Made by a program: the position numbers and the translations under genes | Assembly: GCA_963775425.1 (NCBI GenBank) | Contig: CAVZJB010000005.1 | Span: forward strand, 672,001-736,000 | From: an uncultured delta proteobacterium | GTDB lineage: Bacteria > Myxococcota > UBA727 > VGSZ01 | DNA: 64,000 nucleotides | Reading direction: 5' to 3' | Notes under the pieces: generated by a model | Seen by the model: only the letters and a program-made list of their open reading frames with translations | What the model was told of the DNA's origin: nothing | The model's database searches: none | Part shown: piece by piece, positions 56,993 through 64,000 of the stretch | How positions within the stretch are numbered: the stretch's first letter is position 1 | Layout: every line of letters starts with the position of its first letter

Positions 56993-56994
56993 AA

Positions 56995-57146
56995 GGCTGA
57001 CGAAAGAAAAGGCTCGTAGCAGCACTCGGCGAAGCCGCCGACAAGGTGGCTCGCCGCGCGGAGTACGTGGCGAGGCACGTCGGCGCGCAAGAAGAACCGC
57101 TGCAGGTTGTGAGGTGGCTCGGATCAACGGTCCATCCCTCGTCGCC
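56995..57146 (+). other. Long imperfect rod-shaped inverted repeat (structured ncRNA or MITE/REP-like element)
   Basis: Nested pairings ggctgacga/tcgtcgcc, ctcgtagc/gttgtgag, gcagc/gctgc, gccgac/gtcggc, ctcgccgcg/cgtggcgag. Confidence 0.45.
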
Positions 57147-57336
57147 ACTCGCGGCGCTCTCGATGACGCGGATCCCGATGGGCGTTCCGCGCCCCCTCGT
57201 GGGTCGTCGACGGAGCCGTCGTCGCGCGGGCGGCATCGCACCGATCGTGTGCGGTTTGACCCGCCGGTTGTGCGGCGCCGGCGGCGCGGTCGCACGGGCG
57301 AATGGGGCGAAGGGGCACGGGGCCTCTTCGGGCACG

Positions 57337-57353
57337 TGGGCACGCGCTTCGCA
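57337..57353 (+). promoter_or_regulatory. Candidate sigma-54 -24/-12 promoter
   Basis: tgGGCACGCGCTTCGCa = GG-N10-GC with GGCACG core just upstream of the efflux operon. Confidence 0.45.
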
Positions 57354-57365
57354 GGAATGCCGTTC

Positions 57366-58349
57366 ATGAAGCGCGTGAAGCGGGCCGTGCTCGGCGTCCT
57401 GGTCCTGACGATCCTCTCGGCGGTGGCGGTGCTGGTGTGGCAGCGGGTGCTCCGCGCGCGCGCGCCCGACGAGTCCGTGCATGGCTCCGGGAGCATCGAG
57501 GCCACCGAGGTCGTCGTCGCGCCCAAGGTGAGCGCGCGGATCGCGACCCTCGGGGCGGACGAGGGCGACCACGTCAAAGCCGGCCAGCGCCTCGCGACGC
57601 TCGAGTGCGACACGATGCGCGTGGCGCTCAAGCAGGCGCGGGCACAGGTGCAGGCGGCGGACGCGATGAAGAACGAAGCGCTCGCGCGCCAGCGCCAGGC
57701 ACAGGACGCCGACGCGCCGCTCCTCGTGCAATACGACCTCGCCAAGCGGGAGCATGCGCGCGCCGCGAAGCTCTTCGCGTCCGGGGGGATCACCCGCTCG
57801 GCGCTCGACGAGGCCACCACGCATGACGAGGCGCTCAAGGCGCAGCTCGATCAGACCGGGCGCGCCGTCAGCGTCGCCCGCGCCGGCGTGCGCGTGGCCG
57901 CGTCGCAGGTGGACCTCGCCCGGACCGCCGTGGACCAGACGGAGGCGCAGCTCGAGGAGTGCTTCATCGACGCCCCCATGACCGGCGTGGTCATGCGCCG
58001 CGTGCACGAGGTGGGGGAGCTCGTCCTCCCCGGCTCCACGCTCTTTCGCATCGGCGACCTCGCCGACATCTACACGTGGATCTACGTGCCCAACGAGGAC
58101 GTCGGCCGCGTGAAGCTCGGGCAGGACGTCGACGTCGTCGCCGACACCTACCCCGGCCGCACCTTCCGCGGCCGCGTGGTGCGCATCAACGAGGAGGCCG
58201 AGTTCACGCCCAAGTCGATCCAGACGCGCAAGGACCGGACGCGCCTGGTGTTCGGCGTGAAGGTCTCCGTCGACAACCGGGACGGCGCGCTGCTGCCGGG
58301 CATGCCGGTGGAGGCGACCATCCACGCCGAGCCTCCGGGCTCGAGGTGA
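57366..58349 (+). CDS. HlyD/YbhG-like periplasmic adaptor
   Basis: N-terminal TM; GSIEA, EGDHVKAGQ, coiled coil, APMTGVV, AEFTPKSIQT, PGMP. Confidence 0.9.
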   Translation: MKRVKRAVLGVLVLTILSAVAVLVWQRVLRARAPDESVHGSGSIEATEVVVAPKVSARIATLGADEGDHVKAGQRLATLECDTMRVALKQARAQVQAADAMKNEALARQRQAQDADAPLLVQYDLAKREHARAAKLFASGGITRSALDEATTHDEALKAQLDQTGRAVSVARAGVRVAASQVDLARTAVDQTEAQLEECFIDAPMTGVVMRRVHEVGELVLPGSTLFRIGDLADIYTWIYVPNEDVGRVKLGQDVDVVADTYPGRTFRGRVVRINEEAEFTPKSIQTRKDRTRLVFGVKVSVDNRDGALLPGMPVEATIHAEPPGSR

Positions 58350-58352
58350 CCC

Positions 58353-59462
58353 GTGGAGGTCCTCGCGCTCAGTGACGTCGTCAAGCGCTTCGGCGACCGC
58401 GCCGTCGTGGGCGGGGTCTCGCTCGACGTCGGCGAGGGCGAGGTGGTCGGGCTCATCGGGCCCGACGGCGCCGGCAAGACGACCACCATGCGCCTCGCGG
58501 CAGGGTTGAGCACGCCTTCGTCGGGGACCGTGACGATCCTCGGCGAGGCGCTCGACGACGACGACGGCCACGCAGGCTTGTTCGCCGCGTTTCGTCGAGG
58601 ACGGACCGTGCGGGGGCGCCTCGGCTATATGCCGCAGAGCTTCAGCCTCTACTCCGACCTCTCGGTGCAGGAGAACCTGCGTTTCTTCGGCGGCATGTAC
58701 GGCGTGCGGAAGGCGGTGATGCGCGAGCGGGAGAAGCGCCTGCTCGGCATCGCGCGGCTCGAGGACTTCCGCGACCGCCCGGCGGGCGCGCTCTCCGGCG
58801 GCATGTACAAGAAGCTCGCGCTTTCGTGCGCGCTCATCCACGAGCCGCGGCTGCTCCTGCTCGACGAGCCGACCAACGGCGTCGATCCCATCAGCCGGCG
58901 GGAGCTGTGGGCGTTCCTCAAGGAGCAGGTCGGTGGCGGCGTCGGCGTCCTGTACTCGACGCCCTACATGGACGAGGCCGCGCGTTGCGATCGCGTGGGC
59001 CTGCTCGTCGAGGGACACCTGGTGGCGCTCGATACGCCCGCGGCCCTCACCGCGCGCTTCGACGCCACGGTCTTCGAGATCGTCCTGGTGGCCGGTCCCG
59101 GCGCGGGCTCCGAAGGAGCCGCGGCCCCCGTCGCCGGGGACGGCGCAGCGGGCGCGTCTTCGGCGACGACCCCGGCGGAGCCGGAGGAGCGCCCGGGTCA
59201 TCGCCGGGGGCCGTCGGTGCCGGCGGCGCTGCTCGCGGCGCCGGGCGTCGACGAGGTCTACACCGTGGGGCGCAAGCTCCACGTCGTCACCCGGCGCGGG
59301 CCCGCGTTCAGGGACGCCATCGAGGCGGCGCTGGCCTCCGTGGGGGCGCACGCAGCGTCCGTCGAGGTGGTGCCGCCCACGTTCGAGGACGTCTTCCTCC
59401 ATCTGACGGCGCACGTCGACGAGGCCGCAGGCGACGCGGACGGAGGTGCGCATGGCCACTGA
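58353..59462 (+). CDS. ABC transporter ATP-binding protein (YbhF first-half-like)
   Basis: GPDGAGKTT, LSGGM, LLLDEPT, STPYMDEA. Confidence 0.9.
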   Translation: MEVLALSDVVKRFGDRAVVGGVSLDVGEGEVVGLIGPDGAGKTTTMRLAAGLSTPSSGTVTILGEALDDDDGHAGLFAAFRRGRTVRGRLGYMPQSFSLYSDLSVQENLRFFGGMYGVRKAVMREREKRLLGIARLEDFRDRPAGALSGGMYKKLALSCALIHEPRLLLLDEPTNGVDPISRRELWAFLKEQVGGGVGVLYSTPYMDEAARCDRVGLLVEGHLVALDTPAALTARFDATVFEIVLVAGPGAGSEGAAAPVAGDGAAGASSATTPAEPEERPGHRRGPSVPAALLAAPGVDEVYTVGRKLHVVTRRGPAFRDAIEAALASVGAHAASVEVVPPTFEDVFLHLTAHVDEAAGDADGGAHGH

Positions 59463-60249
59463 GGGCGAGGACCTCGTCATCGACGTCGATGGGCTCACGC
59501 GCACGTTCGGCGACTTCCGCGCCGTCGACGCCATCTCGTTCTCCGTCAAGCGCGGTGAGGTGTTCGGCTTCCTCGGCGCCAACGGCGCCGGCAAGTCCAC
59601 CACCATCCGCATGCTGTGCGGGCTCCTCGCGCCCACCGGCGGCGCGGGCCGCGTCCTCCACTACGACATCCTGCGCGAGTGGGAGCGCGTGAAGCCGCAC
59701 GTCGGCTACATGTCCCAGAAGTTCTCGCTGTATCCCGACCTCACCGTCTCCGAGAACCTCGACTTCTTCGGCGGCATCCACGGCCTGTCCGGAAAGACGC
59801 TCGCGCGGCGCCGCGCCTGGGCCGTCGCGATGAGCGGCCTGCAGGGGCACGAGAGGGACATCACCGCGTCCCTCGCCGCAGCCTTCAAGCAGCGCCTGGC
59901 CCTCGGCGCCGCCCTCCTGCACGAGCCCGTGCTGCTGTTCCTCGACGAGCCCACCGCCGGCGTGGCGCCGCTCGCCCGTCGCGCGTTCTGGGACCTCATC
60001 CACGACCTCGCCGCCGAGGGCACCACCATCTTCGTCACCAGCCACTACATGGACGAGGTCGAGCAGTGTGATCGCATCGCGCTGATGCACCGCGGCCGCA
60101 TCGAGGCCCTGGACACGCCCGCGCGCCTCAAGCGCGATCCGCGCGTCCCCAAGGGCGCCGGCGAGCCGTCCCTCGAGGACGTCTTCGTCGCCGTGCTCGG
60201 CAGCGCCGACGCCCGGCGTGCCGCCGCCGGCGAAGGAGGCGCGCGATGA
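59452..60249 (+). CDS. ABC transporter ATP-binding protein (YbhF second-half-like)
   Basis: GANGAGKST, GYMSQKFSLY, FLDEPT, TSHYMDE. Confidence 0.9.
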   Translation: MATEGEDLVIDVDGLTRTFGDFRAVDAISFSVKRGEVFGFLGANGAGKSTTIRMLCGLLAPTGGAGRVLHYDILREWERVKPHVGYMSQKFSLYPDLTVSENLDFFGGIHGLSGKTLARRRAWAVAMSGLQGHERDITASLAAAFKQRLALGAALLHEPVLLFLDEPTAGVAPLARRAFWDLIHDLAAEGTTIFVTSHYMDEVEQCDRIALMHRGRIEALDTPARLKRDPRVPKGAGEPSLEDVFVAVLGSADARRAAAGEGGAR

Positions 60250-61385
60250 TTCGCAGGATCGGCCTCATGGCGTGGAAGGAGACCCGGCACATCCTGCGCG
60301 ACGTGAGCACGCTCTACATGGCGTTCGGCGTGCCGCTCGTGCTCCTCGCGCTCTTCGGCTACGCGCTCACGCTCGACGTCGAGCACATCGCCATGGTCGT
60401 CGTCGACGACGACCACACCGCCGAGTCGCGCGACCTCGTCGGCCGCTTTGAGCGCACCGGCTTCTTCGACGTGGTGGGCCGCCCCGACGACCCTGCCGCC
60501 GTCCTCGGGGCCTTCCGGCGCGGAGACGCCCGCGCGGCGCTCTTCGTGCCCCGCGGCACCGCCCGCGCCCTCGACCGCGGGGAGCGCGCCCACGTGCAGC
60601 TCGTCGTCGACGGCACCAACGCCAACGTCGCCTCCATCGCCATCGCCTACGGCGAAGCGGCGGGCGAGGTGATGTCCCTCGACGTCGACCTTCAGACGCT
60701 CGACCGGCTCGGTATCGCCGGCGGGCAACGCATCGGCCCGCCGCTCAACGTCACCAGCCGCAACTGGTTCAACCCCGACCTGCGCTCGCAGTGGTACCTC
60801 GTGCCCGGCCTGGTCGCCGTCATCATGGCGATGATGAGCGCCATCCTCATGGCCCTCACCGTGGCGCGCGAGTGGGAGCGCGGGACCATGGAGCAGCTCC
60901 TCGTCACGCCCGCGCGGCCCATCGAGATCCTCCTCGGCAAGCTCATCCCGTACTTCGTCATCGGGCTCGGCCAGCTCACCCTCGTGGCCGGCGCCGGCGT
61001 CTTGCTGTTCGGCGTCCCCATCGCCGGCAGCCTCGCGCTTCTCTACGGGCTGTCGTCGCTGTTCCTCGTGGGCGCGCTCGGGCAGGGCCTCCTCATCTCG
61101 GTGATCACGCGGCAGCAGCAGCTCGCGATGCAGATCTCGCTCATCACCTCGCTCCTGCCCGCCATCCTCCTGTCGGGCTTCATGGCGCCGGTGAGCTCGA
61201 TGCCCGAGGTCCTGCAGTGGCTCTCGCGGATCATCCCCGCGCGCTATCTCCTCGTCGTCACGCGCACGCTCTTCCTCAAGGGCAGCGGCCTGTCCACGCT
61301 GTGGCCACAGGCGGTGGCGCTCCTGGTGTTCGCCACCGTCGTGATGTTCCTCGGCGTCACCCGCATGAAGACGAGGCTCGACTGA
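60246..61385 (+). CDS. ABC-2 permease (YbhS-like)
   Basis: KETRHILRD, WFNP, AREWERGTMEQL. Confidence 0.9.
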   Translation: MIRRIGLMAWKETRHILRDVSTLYMAFGVPLVLLALFGYALTLDVEHIAMVVVDDDHTAESRDLVGRFERTGFFDVVGRPDDPAAVLGAFRRGDARAALFVPRGTARALDRGERAHVQLVVDGTNANVASIAIAYGEAAGEVMSLDVDLQTLDRLGIAGGQRIGPPLNVTSRNWFNPDLRSQWYLVPGLVAVIMAMMSAILMALTVAREWERGTMEQLLVTPARPIEILLGKLIPYFVIGLGQLTLVAGAGVLLFGVPIAGSLALLYGLSSLFLVGALGQGLLISVITRQQQLAMQISLITSLLPAILLSGFMAPVSSMPEVLQWLSRIIPARYLLVVTRTLFLKGSGLSTLWPQAVALLVFATVVMFLGVTRMKTRLD

Positions 61386-62527
61386 TGGCGTCCGCGATCC
61401 CGCACCTGATGAAGAAGGAGCTCATCCAGACGCGGCGGGACAAGCGCATGCTCATGATCCTGCTGGTGGCGCCGGTGCTCCAGGTGATCGTGTTCGGCTT
61501 CGCCGTGAACCTCGACCTCAAGGGCCAGCCCATCGTCATCGGCGACCGCGACATGAGCGAGCAGAGCCGCTCGCTCGTCGACGCGCTCGCGGCGGACGAC
61601 AGCTTCCACATCGTCGGCGACACCGTGTCGCACGACGCCGCGGAGGACGCCGTGCTCAGCGGCGAGGCCGTCATGGCGCTCCTCATCCCGCGCGACTTCT
61701 CCCGGGACCTCGACCGCGGCAACGGCAGCGTGATGCTGGTGGTGGACGGCTCGGACTCGAACACGGCGCTGCGCGCGGAGCAGGAGGCGACCTCCATCCT
61801 CACGCGGCGCGCCGTTAGCCTCGAGCGCGCGCGGCTGAAGGATCTGCTCGCGGCGCGCGGCGTCGACATGGACGCCGTGGTCCCGGACTTCGGCGTCGTC
61901 ACGCGCGCGTGGTTCAACCCCGAGATGCGCACGGCCATCTTCCTGGTGCCTGCGGTGTTCGCGCTGGTGTTGATGGTGATCACCATGGTGCTCACGTCGA
62001 TGGGGCTCGTGCGTGAGAAGGAGATGGGCACGCTCGAGCAGATCATGGTGAGCCCCATCAAGCCCATCGAGCTCATGGCGGGAAAGACCCTGCCGTACGC
62101 GTTGCTCGGCCTCGTCGACGTCACCTTCGTGGTCATCGCCGCCGTGGTGATCTTCCATGTGCCCGTGCGTGGCAGCCTGCTGGAGCTCTACGTCGCGAGC
62201 GGGCTGTTCCTGCTCACCACGCTGGGCCTCGGGTTGTTCGTGTCGACGATCTCCAAGACGCAGCAGCAGGCGATGCTCACGGCGTTCTTCTTCCTTTTGC
62301 CCGCGTTGATGCTGTCGGGCTACGTGTTTCCCGTCGAGAACATGCCGGAGCCCGTCCAGTGGCTCACGGTGGTGAACCCGCTCCGCTACTACATCGAGCT
62401 GACGCGCGGGATCATGGTGAAGGGCGCCGACCTCCACGATCTGTGGCGACAGGCGCTCTCCCTCCTCGGCCTCGGCGCCGCCGTGCTCGTCGGTGCGGCG
62501 TCGCTGTTCCGCAAACGCCTCGCGTGA
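61385..62527 (+). CDS. ABC-2 permease (YbhR-like)
   Basis: KELIQTRRD, WFNP, VREKEMGTLEQ, LSGYVFPVENMP. Confidence 0.9.
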   Translation: MASAIPHLMKKELIQTRRDKRMLMILLVAPVLQVIVFGFAVNLDLKGQPIVIGDRDMSEQSRSLVDALAADDSFHIVGDTVSHDAAEDAVLSGEAVMALLIPRDFSRDLDRGNGSVMLVVDGSDSNTALRAEQEATSILTRRAVSLERARLKDLLAARGVDMDAVVPDFGVVTRAWFNPEMRTAIFLVPAVFALVLMVITMVLTSMGLVREKEMGTLEQIMVSPIKPIELMAGKTLPYALLGLVDVTFVVIAAVVIFHVPVRGSLLELYVASGLFLLTTLGLGLFVSTISKTQQQAMLTAFFFLLPALMLSGYVFPVENMPEPVQWLTVVNPLRYYIELTRGIMVKGADLHDLWRQALSLLGLGAAVLVGAASLFRKRLA

Positions 62528-62568
62528 CGGCCGACGCGGGGCCGCGGGGATCGGGATAGAAGCGGGCG

Positions 62569-63579
62569 ATGAAGGTGGGCGTGATGGGTGCGGGGGCCAT
62601 CGGCTGCTACGTGGGCGGCCGGCTGCTCGCGTCCGGTGTCGACGTCGTGCTGGTGGCCCGGGCCGCGCTCGTCGAGGAGCTGTCGCGCTTCGGCCTGCGC
62701 CTCACGGACCTCTACGGCGCCTCGCTCGACGTCGACGCGGCGCGCCTGTCGGAGTCCGGCGCGCTCGCCACCGACGCCGCCGCGCTCGCCGGCTGCGACG
62801 TCGTCATCGTCACGGTGAAGAGCGGCGACACCGCCGCCGCCGGCGCCGCGCTCGCGCCCGTGATGAAGGAGGGGGCCGTCGTCGTCAGCCTGCAAAACGG
62901 GGTGAGCAACCCGGCCGTGTTGAGGGAGGCGCTGCCGGGCCGCCGGGTGTTGGCGGCGATGGTGCCGTTCAACGTGCTGCGCAAGGGCGAGGGGCGCTTC
63001 CACCAGGGCACCGGCGGCGCCATCGCCGTCGAGCCCGGCGCCGGTGACCTCGTGGCGGCGCTCGTGAAGGCGGGTTTGCCGGCGGCGTCGCGTGCGGACA
63101 TCGAGCGCGTGCAGTGGGGGAAGCTCGTCGTCAACCTCAACAACGTCGTGAACGCGCTCGCCGGCGTCCCCATCCGCGAGATGCTGTTCGACATCGGCTA
63201 CCGGCGCGTGATGGCGGCCATGGTGCGCGAAGCGCTCGACGTGCTCGACGCCGCGGGCGTCGCCCCGCGCCTGGACCCGCCGCTGCCGCCGCCGTGGATC
63301 CCACGCATGCTCACGCTTCCGACCGCGCTGTTCCGCCTGGCCGCGCGGCCGATGCTCCGGGTGGACCCGCAGGCGCGCTCGTCCATGTGGGACGACCTGC
63401 AGCGCGGCCGCGTCACCGAGGTCGACGCGCTCAACGGCGCCGTCGTCGCGCTCGCGCGGAAGGTCGGCGCGGCGGCGCCGATCAACGAGCGTCTGGTGGC
63501 GCTCGCGAAGGCGGCGGAGGGCAAGGGCTCGCCGGGGCTGTCCGCCGAGGCGCTGGCGCGAGCGCTCGAGCCGACCTGA
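62569..63579 (+). CDS. panE: 2-dehydropantoate 2-reductase
   Basis: GAGAIG, VTVKS, SLQNGV, WGKLVVN, SSMWDDL..GRVTEVDALNG. Confidence 0.88.
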   Translation: MKVGVMGAGAIGCYVGGRLLASGVDVVLVARAALVEELSRFGLRLTDLYGASLDVDAARLSESGALATDAAALAGCDVVIVTVKSGDTAAAGAALAPVMKEGAVVVSLQNGVSNPAVLREALPGRRVLAAMVPFNVLRKGEGRFHQGTGGAIAVEPGAGDLVAALVKAGLPAASRADIERVQWGKLVVNLNNVVNALAGVPIREMLFDIGYRRVMAAMVREALDVLDAAGVAPRLDPPLPPPWIPRMLTLPTALFRLAARPMLRVDPQARSSMWDDLQRGRVTEVDALNGAVVALARKVGAAAPINERLVALAKAAEGKGSPGLSAEALARALEPT

Positions 63580-63627
63580 GGGATCTCGCCCGCTCGACGT
63601 CGACGACGGCGTGCCTACGGTCCACCC

Positions 63628-64000
63628 ATGATCCGCACGTGTCCTTCCTGCGGCAAGAAGAACCGCGTCCCTGCCTCCCACCTCGCCGACAACGGCACGT
63701 GTGGGAGCTGCAAGAGCCCGCTGCCGGCGCTGGACGTGCCCATCGACGCGGACGCCACGCTCTTCGACGAGATCACGCGCGACGCCAAGGTGCCCGTGCT
63801 CGTCGACTTCTGGGCGGCGTGGTGCGGCCCGTGCCGCACGGCCGCGCCGCACGTGAAGGCCGTCGCCCACAAGATGAAGGGACGCGCGCTGGTGCTCAAG
63901 GTGGACACCGATCGCGACGGCGCGCTCGCCCAGCGCTTCGGCGTGCGCGGCATCCCGAACTTCGTGGTGCTCAAAGGCGGGCGCCCCGTGATGCAGCAGG
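63628..64000 (+). CDS. trxC: Zinc-finger thioredoxin (Trx2), 3' truncated by window
   Basis: MIRTCPSCGKKNR...CGSCK, then VDFWAAWCGPC, GIPNF; not listed in the ORF track because it is open-ended. Confidence 0.9.
   Translation, partial: MIRTCPSCGKKNRVPASHLADNGTCGSCKSPLPALDVPIDADATLFDEITRDAKVPVLVDFWAAWCGPCRTAAPHVKAVAHKMKGRALVLKVDTDRDGALAQRFGVRGIPNFVVLKGGRPVMQQ

Noticed and set aside
56995-57146. SRP RNA or tRNA
   Set aside because: Lacks the SRP domain IV CAGG-GNRA-AGCA motif and a cloverleaf/TTCGA arm

Overview
A high-GC (roughly 70%+) bacterial window. Gene content points to Myxococcota or a related deltaproteobacterium: Hanks Ser/Thr kinase with PEGA, FHA-sigma54 activator, PilT paralogue, barrel-OmpA protein and RCC1 lipoprotein. 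1-15.4 kb is the 3' part of a surface-glycan operon. It holds GDP-linked legionaminic-acid-type genes, a sialyltransferase-like GT, two methyltransferases, a TagF-like glycerophosphotransferase, three GT4s, a Wzy-like protein and a PglC/D/E/F-like bacillosamine module. The PglF/CapD-like gene carries about 12 small indels that look like consensus errors. 15.4-26 kb has an O-antigen-ligase/TPR protein head-to-head with a nucleotidyltransferase, a 14-repeat RCC1 lipoprotein, a DUF4838 protein and small accessory genes. 26-40 kb has dusB, a plant/chlamydial-type fabI and the best novelty candidate. That candidate is a cluster of barrel-OmpA protein, FHA-TM-(AKAGD)n-periplasmic-adaptor fusion, PilT paralogue, lipoprotein and Ser/Thr kinase, converging on an FHA-sigma54 EBP operon. 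40-64 kb has a pseudo-SLT/M23 operon, addBA, a glcD-like oxidase, a desaturase, pyrG, a structured intergenic element, a YbhGFSR-like ABC exporter, panE and a partial trxC. Many operon heads show a -10 hexamer 5-7 nt before the start codon (leaderless signature). No tRNA, rRNA, CRISPR array or transposase was seen. All calls come from motif reading by eye; no database search was run.
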